This document shows positions 1 through 13,880 of a stretch of DNA of 64,000 nt, piece by piece (the stretch's first letter is position 1; each line of letters begins with the position of its first letter). Below the pieces are notes generated by a model. That model was not told the DNA's origin and did no database searches. It worked only from the letters and a program-made list of their open reading frames with translations. The translations under genes and the position numbers were made by a program. The DNA lies in assembly GCF_009914755.1 (NCBI RefSeq), contig NC_060947.1. One strand, 5' to 3'. Source of the DNA: the human T2T-CHM13v2.0 reference genome, Homo sapiens.

Positions 1-94
1 GACCCAGGACCCATAACTGCTTATCTGCTAACCTAGGCACCAGGCCAGCCTGCTTAAAGACTCCAGCACCAACCTGCTATGTGGACCTACATAC

Positions 95-2870
95 ACTTAA
101 AGAACAAATACCAACCTTTCTCCAAGTCTTTCAAAAAAATTGAATAGGAAGAAATACTTTCAAACTTTTACAAGGTCAGTAATACCTGACATCAAAGCCA
201 CACAAGGACACTACAAGAAAATAAAATTACAGGACAATATCATAGATGAACACAGATGTAAAAATCTTCAAGAAAATATAGGCAAACCAAATATCTCAGC
301 ACATTAACAGGATCATTCACCCTGATAAAGTAGAATTTATCCATGGGATGCCAGGATGTTTTAGCACACACAAATCTATAAATATGATACACTAAATTAA
401 CAGAAGGAAGGACTAAAACCATACAATGAACTCAATATAGAAAAAGCATTTAACAAAATTCAACATTCTATTATAATAAAAACTGTCAACAAATTAGGAA
501 GAGAAGTAATGGATTTTAACACAATAAAGGCCATTCGTGTCAAGCTCACAGCTAACATCACATCCAACAGTAAAACATTGAAACCTTTTTGTTTTTTCTC
601 CGATCAGGATCAAGACAAGAATGCACACTCTCACATGTATGTTCTTTTTTGTTTGTGTTGTGGCCATTGAAATCCTAGTTCTCTGGAGGTTTATCCTGAC
701 TTAGGAGCGGTGTGAGGTAGAGACACTGCAAAACTGGCACAATCAGGCTAGGTGAAGCAATTCTTAAATTGGATTCAGCTGAGAACATGATTCAATTTGA
801 GAACTCATACACAGCACTGTATGTCTTGCCCTGTGAAATTAGGCAAAAGAACAAAATTAAAGACACCTGTGTCGGAAAGGAAAACTATAAATTGTCTCTG
901 TTGGCAGACATGAGGTTATATATAGAAAACCTTAAAGACTCCACCAAAAGAAAAACACTTGTTAGAAATAATGAACAAATTCTGTAAAGTTTCAGTATAC
1001 AAAATGAACATGCAAAAACCAGTAGCATTTCTATACAATAACAATGGAATATGCAAAAGAGACATCCACAAAACAGCATCATTTACAAGATCAACAGAAA
1101 AGATACATCGAAATACATTTAAAGAAGGAGATGAACAATATGCATATTGAAAACTATAAAACATTGATGAAAGAAATTGAATAAGCGAAAATAAATAGAA
1201 TGATATTCTTTACTCATGAATTGAAATAATATCGTTAAAATCTCCACTGTGCCCAAAGCAATCCACAGGTTTAATGCAATTCCTATCAAAATCCCAATGA
1301 CATTTTTTTCACAGAGATAGAAAAAATAATCTTAAAGTTTGTATGGAACCACAAAAATACCTGACTAGCCAAAGCAGTCTTGAACAAAAAGAATAAAGCT
1401 GGAGACATCACAGTACTTGATTGTATCATATACTACAAAGATACAGTAATCAAAACAGCATGATTCTGGTTTAAAAAGAGACACAGACAACAATGAAATA
1501 GAATAGAGAGCCCAGATATAAATTCACACACTTATAGTATATTAATTTTCAACAAAGATTGCAAGAATACACAATGGGGAAAGAATAATCTTTTAAATAA
1601 ATAATGTTAGGGAAATATTTTATCCACATACAAAATAATGACATTAGACCCTTGTATCACACCACATACAAAAATCAACTCAAAATGGACTAATGACTTA
1701 AATATAAGACCTGAAAATGTAAAATTATAATACTATAAAAACGCACAGGGGAAAAGGTCCATGACATGGTCTTAGCAATGATATTTTGGGTATGATACCA
1801 AAAGCACATGCAACGATAGCAGAAATAAACAAAGGGGGGACTACATCAAACTAAAAACTTCTGTATAGCAAAGAAAACAATTGCCAAGATGAAAAGACAT
1901 TCCATTCTGCAAAATGTGAAAAAGATATTTGCAAACCATATATCTGATAAAAGGTTAATGTTCAAAATATGAAAGAAACACAAAATTCAATACCAAAAAA
2001 AATAAAAATTTAAAATGGGCAAAAACATGAATAGACATTTTTTCAAAGAAGAGATACAAATGGTCCAACATGTATGTGAAAAGGTGCTCAACATTACTAA
2101 TCATGAGGAAAATGCAAATCAAAACCACAATGCAATATTAATTCACACCTGTTGGGATGACTATTATGAAAAGCTAAAAAGATAACAAATATTGGTGAGG
2201 ATATGAGGGAAGGAACACGCTTACACACTGTTGGTGGGAATGTAAATTGTACAGCTACTATGGAAAATAGTTGGTGGTTCCTCACAAAAGTTAAAAAGAG
2301 AACTACCATATAATCTAGTAATAGCACTACAGGGTGTATGTATATATGAAGAAAGTAAAACTAGTATGTCAGAGAGCTATCTGCATTATCATGTTCATGA
2401 CAACATTATTCCCAATAGCTAAAATATGGAAACAAACAAAACAAAACACCCACTGTGTGTGTGTGTGTGTGTATATATATAATGTGATATTATTCAGACA
2501 CAAAAATAAAATAATCCTGCCATTTGTGACAAAGCTGAGTCTGAAAACATTAAGTGAATTAAAACAGATGCAGAAAGACAAATTCTTAATGATCTCACTT
2601 GTAGGTGAAATCTAAAAATGTCAAACTCAGAAACAGAAGGATGGATATCAATTGATTGATGGGTGGGGTAAATGGGGAACTGTTGTTCAAAGGGTATAAA
2701 CTTTAAGTTGTAAGATGAATAGGTTATAGAGATCTAGCATACAACATGCAGCATAGAAACTATATTTAATAACATATTTTAGACATTCATTTGCTAAGGG
2801 AGTGGATCTCAAGTGTTCTCACAACAAAACTAAACTGGTAACTGTGTAAAATTATTGACACGTCAATAAT
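95..2870 (+). mobile_element. Old L1 (L1MA/L1M-type): degraded ORF2 through 3' UTR
   Basis: Recognisable ORF2 segments (KLSLLADM.LYIENLKDS, aaaaccacaatg, gttggtgggaatgtaaatt) and an L1M 3' UTR. Many stops and frameshifts. Interrupted at 635-836. Confidence 0.85.
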
Positions 2871-2879
2871 TAAATGTAC

Positions 2880-3480
2880 ACTTGACTGGCAATTCTACTC
2901 TGAGATATTTATCCAAAAAGGAAAAAGATTGAAAAGTTATTTTTGATGATTGCATAGTATTCCATGGTAAGACCAAGATACATGAAAACCGATGTTCTTA
3001 CAAAGATGTGTTCTCAACAGTTCATAGCAGCGTTTAAAAAATATTAATAGTTCTAAACTTGAAACAACTCAAATATCTATCAATTAGTGAATAGACAAAT
3101 TGTGATATAAGTAGAATACTGCTAAGCAATAAAAAGTAACAAACCATTGAAATATCTAATAAAATGAATGAATCTCAAAAGCATTGTCCAGAGTGAAAAA
3201 AGCCAGACATAAAAGTCTACAAAGTATTTGATTCCATGTATAATAAATTCTAGGAAAGGCAAAAATATAGTAATAGAAAGTAGATTCGTTTTACCATAAG
3301 ACAAGGGGATTGATTGAAAGAGGAGGAAGAAATTTTTTAGGGTGATGAAAATGTTCTCTATCTTGATTGTGGTGATGTTTACACGACTATAGGCATTTGT
3401 CAAACAGATCCAATTATACACTTAAAATTGGTGAATGTTACTATACATAGATTATACCTCGTAAAAGCTTATATAAAGAA
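2880..3480 (+). mobile_element. L1M (L1MB/MC/ME-type) 3' end fragment
   Basis: L1M 3' motifs 'atgaatgaatctcaaaagcatt' and 'gatgaaaatgttctctatcttgattgtggtgatg'. Confidence 0.75.
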
Positions 3481-3499
3481 AAACATTTTCACAACTGTT

Positions 3500-6318
3500 T
3501 TTTAAAATTTTTTATTTCAGCTCCAGGTAAAATATATGCACCCTCTTTACCTGGATACAATGGTGATGCTGTGGTTTGGGGTGTAAATGATCCTATCACC
3601 CAGTTACTGAGTAGAGTACCCAATAGTTGGTTTGTCAACCATTGCCCACTTCCTCTTCCTTCTTAGTGTTGTCCCTGGGTTTTATTATTGCCGCCTGTAT
3701 GTAGATGAGTACCCAGTGTTTAGCTCCCGCTTATAAGTGAGAACATGTGATATTTAGTGTTCTGTTCCCGTGTTAATTCACTTAAGATAATGGCTTCCAG
3801 CTGCATCCATATTGCTGCAAGCACATGATTTCATTCTTTTTAAGTGGTTGTGTAGTATTCCATGGTATTTATGTATCACATTTTCTATATCCAATCCACA
3901 GTTGATGGGGACCTAGGTTGATTCCCTATCTTTCGTGTGAGTGAATGTGTGGTTTTAGTAGAAAGATGTGTTTTCTTTTGGATATGTAACCAGTAATAGG
4001 ATTGTACTGTTTCATTCTCATCTGGAGACTTTGGCACTTTTAATTTTTGTAATTGCTTTTGTGCAAGAAGGATATTTTCTTTTGCTTTCTTTCCCTGTGA
4101 TATTATTTTTCCCATTTCCTTTCTCTCTCTTCCGCACCCCAACATCTGTGGGAGTGTTTGTGATTGCAGAGAATGCTGGGTAGGGCCTTTTGGCTTTGCT
4201 TCTGTAGCCCTATGTACTTCTTTCCACAGGTTTTATATTGGGCTATGCAGTTCAGTCTACAATCTAGTAAATGTTACTTAGAGGTAAGATCCTGCTGTGG
4301 CCAACATGGCTGCATATATAATTGCTCTCTGTTTACTGGCAGCAGCTCTTTGTTGCTTCAGTCAGTGGGCTGATTTGTGGAATGCACAAGGAGCTGAGCT
4401 CCCTGTTCTGTGCTCAGGGTGGGCAGGGGACATGAAGTGCTGGTCCAGACTGGGCAGGTTCACCTATTGGTCCCCTGGTGGTAGGCAGAAGCACCATCAC
4501 TGAGGAAGAATTCAGCATGTGGCCACTAAGCACCTAGAGGCATGCCTAGGCATGGAGCTGGGAAATCTACTCAGTCCCATGTTCTCTGCACAGGCGTGGT
4601 GGGTGGCCAGAACTCCTAATCCAGGAGAGAGGGTGCTCCAGATTCTTGGAGATCTGCCTGGGCGTGGAGAGGAGAGGGCCCTCCTACATGACGATCTATG
4701 TCCAGAAAGGGTGAGGCAACTCAGGCTGCTGCTTTAGGCAAGCAGATGTTCTGAATGCCGAGAGATCTGCCAGGGTATGTTCCAGAGACGGCCCCCTACA
4801 CCAGGATCTCTGCACAGGAAAGGTGGAATGGCTCCGGCTACTGATGCAGATAAGCTGTTGCTTCCAATGCCTGGAGATGTGCTGGGGCTTGGAGCAGAGA
4901 GGCCCCCCTGTGCACCACCATCTATGTACAAGAAGGGTGAAGCGGCTCAGGTTGCTGACACAGATGAGTGGATACTCAGAATGCCTGATGATATGTCTGG
5001 GTGTGAAGCAGAGATGGCCTGCCTGCACCAATATCTCTGCACAGGAGGGGTAGGGTGATTCTGGCTGATGGAACCGGCAAGCACGTTCTCTGAATGTCTG
5101 GAGATCTGCCTGTGTGTGGAGTGCAGAGGGCACCTCTGCACTCAGAGCTCTGTAAAGGAAGTGTAGGGCAGCTCAGGCTGCTGATCCGGGCCAGCTCAAG
5201 ATCTGAATGTCTGGAGATCTGCCTGGATGTGGAGCAGAGAGTGCTTCGCTGCACCACAGTATATGTCCAGAATGGGTGAGGCAGCTCAGGTTTCTGAACC
5301 ATACGAGTGGGTGCTCCAAATGCCTAGAGATCTGCCTAGGCATGAAGCAGAAAGGACTTCCCCATACCAGGATCTCTGCACAGAATGGGTGGGGCAAGAC
5401 AGGCTGTTTATCCAGGTGAGGAAGTGCTTGAATGCCTGGAGATCTGCCTGGGCATGGAGCAGAGAGAGCCCTGTTGTACTCTGCAGGAAGGGTGGGGTAG
5501 CTCAGGCTGCTGAACCAGGCGAATGGGTGCTCTGAATACCTAGAGATCTGCCTGGGAATGGAGCAGACAGGACCCCTCTGCACCACATTCTCAGGGGAGC
5601 AGGCTGGGGTACCCAGCAATGGCACATGCATATCAGTTTCAGGTCATCAAGCTGGTCCTGGCTGCAAGTCTCACCACCTTGGAGAAACTGTAGCTGTAGA
5701 AGCTCTCCTCCTGCCCCAGGCTTGTGACAGGGAAGAGCACAATTATAGCACCTAATGTTAAGACACTTTCTACAGTTCTGGCTGTGGAGGCTCCCACCCC
5801 GCTCCAGAGCCAGCACTCCAATTTCTGGCCTGACACTAAAATGCCTGCATGGCCACACTGCTGGGTCACCTAACAATGGCTGACTTTGTATGTGACCAGA
5901 TTTAAACGGTGTCCTGTTCTCAGCTCTGTGCCTGGATAATGTTTGCAGCTTTTCCTGGTGTCTTTCCCTTATAGTATCTCCAAGCCTTTCTCGAAGTTAA
6001 CTCCAGGGCCTGGGAGAAACAAAGTGTTCTTTAGAGCGGGTTGGTTGAATCTCCATGGAAAAGTGAGTCACAGAGGGCGGTTCTCTGCCCTTCTCATGTA
6101 CTGGGCCCTCACTCACTTTTATCAGCTAGATGCTGTCATGGGGGCTGCTTGCCAGCATTCTCCTCCCCAGGACCTGGGGTATCCTTCATGATTCTAATGG
6201 ATTCCCATTTTCCTTCTTGAATTGAAGCTCACAGAATTAGTCTTTATGTACTGTGTTTCTATTTCCAAGTGGTGGAAGCATGCTAAAATCCTTTAATCTA
6301 CCACCTTGGAAAAAAAAA
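3500..6318 (-). mobile_element. Internally deleted L1 (L1PB/L1PA15-16-like): 5' UTR joined to the 3' end
   Basis: Antisense 3' end at 3500-4005 ('ttataagtgagaacatg', 'tagtattccatgg'). ORF1 start and GC-richer 5' UTR at 4010-6318, with the terminus reading ttttccaaggtgg on the minus strand. Confidence 0.75.
4600..5600. repeat. Degenerate ~113-bp tandem array (~9 units) in the L1 5' UTR
   Basis: Core 'gagatctgcctgg' or variants recur near 4649, 4762, 4874, 4989, 5101, 5214, 5327, 5439 and 5543. Confidence 0.85.
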
Positions 6319-6639
6319 TCACAATTTTTCTGAAGTGAGATTTGGCACTATCTCTGATTTTCACAGTGTTGGCTTTGTTCTCAGGTACATTCTCTCCACA
6401 TTTTGGTAAACATGCTTCTAGGCTTACGAAGTCCTGTGACCCTTGATCTGAGTTCACCAAAACAATTCCCTAGTTCGAATTGTGTTATATGCCCTTCCCT
6501 GAACCAATCACTGTGGATAGGGAAATGAGGCAATTCTGTTGTTAGGACTGAGTCATATGTACACTTCGGAAAATATGGTTCCTCATATACACAGGGAAAA
6601 GACACTAGTGTGATGTTGCCGGTGGAAAATGAAAGGAAT

Positions 6640-7130
6640 TCTTGGTGGACCAAAGTAATAGCTGTAAAAACTATGAGGTCATTGTTAGCTTGCAGCTGAA
6701 AAAAATTGCACAAAATATTTTTCCTGGAAACAATCATTTTACTTCATTATTTTGCAGAAGTGTTCTATGAATACTTTCTACTTTGTTATACACAATATTA
6801 AAAGGGTGTGTACTCAATGGTTGAGAATTAATGAAAGTAACACTTTTTAGTGTTTCTTCAAGGACATAAGTGAACCTGGCAATTCATTTTCTGTGAGTGT
6901 GGTGGTGAATAATACGAAGATAATACAGATGAATGCTACTCTCTTGGTTCATGTTAAGTCTCCAACAGTTGTCCCCACTATTGCTTTTGCACCATCATTG
7001 GAAGCGTCCACATAATGAACAAGCAAAATAATGTCTGTATACAATTATAAAAATAGTTTTGACCTCATGAACTCCTGAAAGTGTCTTAGAAACTCCCAAG
7101 GGTCCAATGATGACACTTTGGGAACCACTG
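6640..7130 (-). mobile_element. Charlie1-family hAT DNA transposon fragment
   Basis: Terminal 'aatagttttgacctc...cactttgggaaccactg' and internal 'attgcttttgcaccatca' match the recalled Charlie1 terminus (reverse complement). Confidence 0.7.
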
Positions 7131-7404
7131 ATCTATGTGATTCAATAGTATTTACACTGAATTAATTTTCCAAATTTTTATACATTTTGTACTTTCAGCT
7201 AACATTTGAAGAAATGTGTATTAGGACAATATACATTTCAAAGATATGAAATGTTTTATGGTGTAACACAAAATCTGAAATATAGATATTTTACTCTTGA
7301 TAAGAAGTGAAGGAAAACAAGATTAGGATTTGCTGTACAATTCTAATGCCAAATCTAAATTTTTATTGAAAAGTACAGGTATTTCTATTTTATTGGTAGA
7401 TGTG

Positions 7405-7763
7405 TGATATGGCTTGGCTCTGTGTCCCCACCCAAATCTCACCTTGAATTGTAATAATCCCTACGTGTCTTGGGAAGGACCTGGTGGGAAGTAATTGAAT
7501 CATAGGGGTGGGTTTTTCCGTGCTGTTCTCATGACAGTGAATAAGTCTCACGAGATCTGATGGTTTTATAAAGGGGAGTTTCCCTGCACATATTCTCTTG
7601 CCTGCCACCACGTAAGACGTGCCTTTGCTTCCCCTTTGCCTTCTGCCATGGTGTGAGGTCTCTCCAGCCATGTGGAACTGTGAGTTCATTAAGGCTCTTT
7701 GTCTTTATAAATTACCCAGTCTTGGATATGTCTTTATTAGGAGCGTGAGAACAGACTAATACA
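7405..7763 (+). mobile_element. THE1-family solo LTR (MaLR)
   Basis: tgatatgg...gtgtccccacccaaatctc...ctaataca. Perfect 5-bp TSD ATGTG at 7400-7404 and 7764-7768. Confidence 0.95.
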
Positions 7764-8471
7764 ATGTGCTACATAAAAGCTGTGTGCATATCAAGCTGTT
7801 CATGAAATATCATCCCATTTTGAATGTGCTAGAGTTCACTAAGAGAAACCGAAGTAAATTATTTTAAAAGGAGAGGTATTTTATATTATAATAATTACAA
7901 CAGTCATTTTGGTAACTGTTGCACTTTTGGAGCTTCAAAAGGATTAATTTTTTTGTTAACCTTATTCCTTTTAAATAATTTTCCTGTGATGTCATATTTA
8001 TACACAGGCCCAGTGGAAGTACAGGTTGATCATTAGCAAAAGCAAAATGGCCTCCTCAATATTTATTATGAATAAAAATGTTTCATTAGTTGGTATCAAG
8101 AGATATAACATAGGTATTTGGGTTTGGGGCTCTTTGTGGATAATCATAAGATCAAGAAACACTGGGCCTATATTCCCATATAGAAACCATAAATTGATGG
8201 TTACCCATTTTGTATAGGCATTTACTCTCCAGTTTACTTCCATGCCAATTAGTCCTTATTCTTTTGCATCTCTCTCAATTCATTCATTTATGTTAACTAC
8301 AAGGGGCTTGTATGCATTTGAGCATAGAACCTGTGTTATGTAAATTGTATCCTTGTGTACATTGAGGATATCATCTCTTGTATGATAAAAAGTGTCTTTG
8401 TCTGGGAATCATGAAACCTGAACTCTTGTTTGCACTTCCCCATCAATTCGCCGTAAATTGACATCTATTAA

Positions 8472-8813
<342 letters not shown>

Positions 8814-8845
8814 CTAAGGGCTTTTTTAAACTAGTGTGTTTCTAT

Positions 8846-8992
8846 ATTTTTTTAATTTTTAATTTTTATGGATGCGTATTAGATGTATATATGTATGGGA
8901 TACCTGAAATGATTTGATACAAACATGCAATGCGTAATAACCACATCATGGAGAATGGGGTATCCATCCTCTCAAACATTTATCCTTTGTGT
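8846..8992 (-). mobile_element. 5'-truncated L1MA 3' end
   Basis: 'catgcaatgcgtaataaccacatcatggagaatggggtatccatc'. TSD-like 'tgtttctat' on both sides. Confidence 0.8.
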
Positions 8993-9639
8993 GAATGTTT
9001 CTATTTCTTTGCTTTATAATCGTCCTAGAATCACAACACATGGTCAGACACGTTTTGTTTTTAGTGTTGAATGTTAATAATTACACATTGCCCAAAGCTC
9101 ACAATGACATTTTATTGTCTCCTTTGGAAACCAAGGCAACGGTGATCTCAACTTCATAAATTCTTAAGCAAATGACACATCAAATCCAAATGTTCGGATT
9201 GACCACATTACATTAGAGTGCAAACATATCTGAGCTTTATTTAAGAGTGACACCATATTTGCTATTATTTAATTAAATGTTCTTCATAATTTCTTACTCT
9301 ATACTGCCAATATAGATTAAACACTTGATTGCCAAAAAAGAAAAATAAAACAAAGACAAATGATCGGACTCTATGCAAAGAAAGTTAAAATAATTTTGGC
9401 AGTCTTCCCATCAACCTAATGGGATCAGTATGTCTTCTGGATGCTCTACATAACATCTGATCTTTCTTCCCTTGATGGTTAACACAGTGTTCCTCTGTTT
9501 TCAGAACAGAGATATTATAATTTTAGTATCATTTTTAAAAGATTTCAAGAATACCCTTTCTTACTCTGTCCATTGTTTCTACCTTTCTTCGTTTTGTCCT
9601 TCTTAGCCACTTACTTATCTAACATCAATGCTATCCAAC

Positions 9640-10220
9640 ATGGTGGGGGATATAGTCTTTGCCCTCATGGGTTCACAGTAAAATAGATGAGATGGGCATA
9701 CATATTTTTACACGTAATACAGTGTGATAAATTAAATAACTGAGGTAAGGGCCAGGTACAGTGGTAGAATAAGGAGGAAGTGGTGACATTCACTTGAGCA
9801 AGTCAAAAACATTTCTACCAAATAGGAGATATTAAGGAGTTATTTGAAGGATAAGGAAATTTTTTCTAGGAAGGTAAATGGGGACAGGGCATTCCAATCA
9901 GAGATGGAGCCAATAAGTAAAGCATGCTGGCATCTAATAACATAGCATATTTAAAAAATATTAGGTTGGTGCAGAAGTAATCACATTTTTTTTCCATCAA
10001 AAAATGGGATTTTTCGCCATTATCAGGAAATTTAGTATTTCTGAGCCATGGATTTGTGTTAAGAGATGAGGCAAGGGCAGGTTACAGAGTGTAGAAGCCC
10101 TTGTATGGTGTATTAAAGAAACAGTAAGCATTTTTAGGCAGGGAAACTACATGGTTAAACTCATGTTTTAGAAAAGATCATGCTGGCATCAGTGTTAAAG
10201 ATAACATGGAGTGTGAAAGA
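9640..10220 (-). mobile_element. L2 fragments
   Basis: 'gtctttgccctcatgg' and 'tttttaggcaggg...gttttagaaaagatcatgctgg' are typical antisense L2 motifs. Confidence 0.6.
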
Positions 10221-10994
10221 CTCATCTATTTCTTTTATCTTCAGCCACAGAATGATAAAACTAGGTGCATTTGAGGGGTTTATTTTCTCTCAGATGGTCA
10301 GTGGACTCTTCAGACACAAAGGATAGTTCTAACAAGAGATTAAGCCCAAACACTTCAGACTTGCCTGCTAGATCTTGCTTTTACAAATGCTAACTCTTCA
10401 GTCTCTACCTAGCCCTTGGGCCACCTACTTCTCCAAATCCTTGGCTCATTTGCCATTCCATCCACATTGCTCGAATTTTGGATTAAGTTTATTTAGTGGT
10501 AGTTTTCAGCTCGATTCAAACAATTTTATTTGGAGGAGTAAAATTTTATGGTGACTCTGGATCATTTGTTGGGAATAAAATGACACGTTGCTCTTGCTAA
10601 GCCTTAGGTACAGCTTTCAAATGATACTTGTTTTCCCAAGCTGTTTCACCTGCATTTGGCACCACTCAACATTGAGCATTCTGTTGCTCCCACAGACCTT
10701 GTATTTAATGCAATTAGAGAAAAAAAAATTTTCAAAAGTTCTGCCGTTGGAAGACTCACACACAGTGTTGGCATTTGGGTTTGACGAGATGACATTTAGA
10801 TTTATTTATCTAAGCCCCAAACACATAATATCTCTGGTATGATTAAGTATTTTGGCTTAATAAACATGTTTAAAATCTGATCTAAGGAAAACTAATCATA
10901 CTACTTCTAAATGTCTTAAATATCATCATGATCCTTTTTGTCACTAATGATAACACAAAAATTATGGGTAGGTTGGCATTTATTAAAGGATAGC

Positions 10995-11230
10995 AATATC
11001 ATTAAGATCAAAGCCTTTGGAGTCAGAGAGGTCTGAATTAAGTGTTAAATCAATTGCTTCTACTAACTAGCCTTGTGACATTGACTAAGTTACTTGACCT
11101 CACTGAACTTCAGTTACTTTATCTGAAGAGTGAAATTAACAATATTGCTTCTATGTGGAGGAGTGAGTATTCAATGAGATTAAGCACGTGGAGTGCCTGG
11201 CAAACAATATTCTTTATAATTCATATTATT
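10995..11230 (+). mobile_element. MIR
   Basis: Core 'tgtgacattgactaagttacttgacctcactgaacttcagt' and 3' 'gtgcctggca'. Confidence 0.75.
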
Positions 11231-11269
11231 GTAGTTGAAATTTAACATCACCTTGTTCAGACTTGATAT

Positions 11270-12760
11270 TTCTGTTTAGAAATAAGATGGAAGGTGTATC
11301 AAGGAATGGATTTTCCTTCCTTCCTAAACCAATCAAAAAATCAGAAATATTTATTAGACAATGTTTTCAAGACATTAGACATCAGACAACGAAGGATGTG
11401 GATCAATCAAAGATGAAGAATGCACAAAGTGAGCCCTACAGTTATCCCACCTGCCTGTTTTGTGAGAGTTTCCAGTCTGTAATCCAGAGAGGGGAGATTC
11501 AGGAAAAAAAAAAATTAAAACAGGTTTTAATCATGAAGTTGAATAGGTTGTGTTGAGAGTCTAGTGAAACCAACGTAGCTGGAATTCACAGGACAGAGTA
11601 ACAGAGAGGGAAGAGCTGCACAGAGAGAGACAGCTCAAAAGATCTGCAGAGGATTTCCCTCAAGTATACAGGAGAGTACTAATCAGAGCATGCATGTAAC
11701 AAAACCAGCACAGGCCCAGGAGAAAAAAGAAGAAAAAAAAATCCCCCCCAAATCAGAAAAGATAAGAAAATCACTGACTAATGCTCACATAGCGCCAGAA
11801 ATAGTGCCCATTGCAAACAGCCAGGCTGAAAATCCTCATAATTCATGTAGCACTGAGTTGTTTACACAGAAGGATCTTGCTTTAGTAATAGGAATAATAA
11901 GCCATAGACTGAATACGGTTCTAGTTCCAGCTAGCAAATCCTAAAAGCAAGATATGAAAGGATTAAGTTGTTTCCAGGCACCTTTACTGTATCCCAGAGC
12001 AACGCTTAACAATATTTATGCCCAGGCTGTGGTGCATGCCTGTAATCCCAGCACTTTGTGAGCCCAAGGTGGTAAGATCTCTTGAGCTTAGGAATTTGAG
12101 ACCAGCGTAGGCAATATGGCAAAACCCTGTATCTATAAAAAATATGAAATTTAGCTGGGCATGGTGGTACATGCCTGTAGTCCCAGCCACTAGGAAGGCT
12201 GAAGTTGGAGCATCACTTGAGCCCTGGAAATCGAGGCTGAGATCGTGCCACTGCACTTCCACCTGAGTGACACAATGAAACTCTGTCAATAAATAAATAA
12301 AATCTATAAAAATATGAAAAATATCAGCGCCTGAAAAGATAAACTTCACAACATCTAGTATTCAATAGATTATAACACATGAAAAGAAGCAAGACAATAT
12401 GAACAATTATGAGAAAGAAATTTCATCAATCAAAATCAATTCAGAATGAACATAGAGTTAGAAGTAAGCAGAAAATAACACTAAGATACTTATTTAACTG
12501 TATCTCACATGTCTAAAAGTTGAGACATGGATGATTAAAAATATCCTCAAATTAAACTTAGATTAAAAATTGCAATATGTGAGATGAAAATACATTGGAT
12601 TAATAGTAGATTACATATTTCAGAAGAAAAGATTAGTGTACTTGAAGTCATGGCAAGAGAAACTGCTCAAAACTAAACAAAAGAGAGAAAAAGAGTAAAA
12701 ACACTGAACAGAGAAGCAGTAAACAGTGGAACACATTTAAGCAGCCTAATACATGTATCT
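11270..12760 (+). mobile_element. Old L1M 5' region/ORF1 remnant, interrupted by an AluJ
   Basis: A-rich ORF1-like tracts such as 'agaagaaaagattagtgtacttgaag'. Confidence 0.6.
12020..12302 (+). mobile_element. AluJ-type element
   Basis: Diverged Alu dimer with J-like 'cacttgagccc' and a (TAAA)n tail. Confidence 0.9.
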
Positions 12761-13529
12761 ATTACACATATCTGCATTATATGCATATAATACATATTTC
12801 CACTGCCGCTGGACCTGAGTTCACAGGTGTTCATCTTTCTCCCTTAAATGCTTGTCATTTGTTGTTCCAAAAATGTCCTAGGCTCTGGTAGTTTCCTGAT
12901 CACTTTAGCCATGTTGATGCCAACAGTAGTCTACCCTAAGACTTTTTCCCTCACTCTATGTATTCTCCTTAGGTCAATGAGGAGCTACATCCTTCAGCTT
13001 TTTTGGTCAGTGTGGTTCTCTCTCATCCAATGGTAGCCCTGGAGTCGCTTAGATAATGGAAAGCATCACTTTCGACAACATCATGGAAAAGGGTTGGGAA
13101 GCCAAGATTTCTTGGTTAAATAAAGGAGGTTTTTAATTATCACCACTTAAAGATCCTTCCGCACCTGATCTGACACCTCTTCTCACTTCCCCAGATTCAA
13201 TTCTAGAGGTACACATGTCAGGGAGAGGGTATTTCCTCCAAGTCATTTTCCCTGGCGACTCCATTCATGGTTCATTGTGTTGTCTCTCACACTTCACCAT
13301 TATCTAGCGTTTTGGACATTTTACCAAAAATTCCATCAGGTTAATATAGTCACAGTTTAGTCTCAGTACAGATGCAAGTCATTGCACTTCCCTCTGACAA
13401 AAATGTTTTTATGCATCTTTCATTTCTTGGATACTACCAGGTAACCTTCCATTTCTACCCCCTTTGTCCAATGTCCATTTAGATCCTCTTGGTTTTCTGT
13501 TTTCAGTCTGTTAAAAGTGATACTATTGA

Positions 13530-13880
13530 TAGAAGCAACAATATAGATGAAACTCAGAATAATTACATTTAGTAAAAGAAGTCAGACAATTGCGTATGTT
13601 GCATGACTCCGTTTATATAAAATTTTAGAAAGTGCAAAGTAAGCTGTGGTTTCTGAAAGCAGCTCAGTGGTTGCCTGGATTTCAGAGGGTTTGGAAGGGG
13701 TGAGTAAGGAGAAATTGCAAAGAGGCATGAAAAAAATTTAGTTCTAATGAATATGTTCACTATCTTGATTGTGGTGATGGTTTCACAGATGTATGCCTAT
13801 ATTAAAATTTATCAGATTGAATACTTTAAGTATGTTCCATTTATTGTATGTCAATTACACTTCAATAAAGCTGTCAAAAA
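13530..13880 (+). mobile_element. L1M 3' end fragment
   Basis: 'cactatcttgattgtggtgatggtttcacag...tcaattacacttcaataaagctg'. Confidence 0.8.

Noticed and set aside
4600-5900. Regularly spaced repeats and many overlapping ORFs (CRISPR-like or repeat protein)
   Set aside because: The whole ~113-bp unit is repeated and degenerate, with no unique spacers and no cas genes. It lies in an L1 5' UTR, and the ORFs are by-products of GC-richer repeat sequence.
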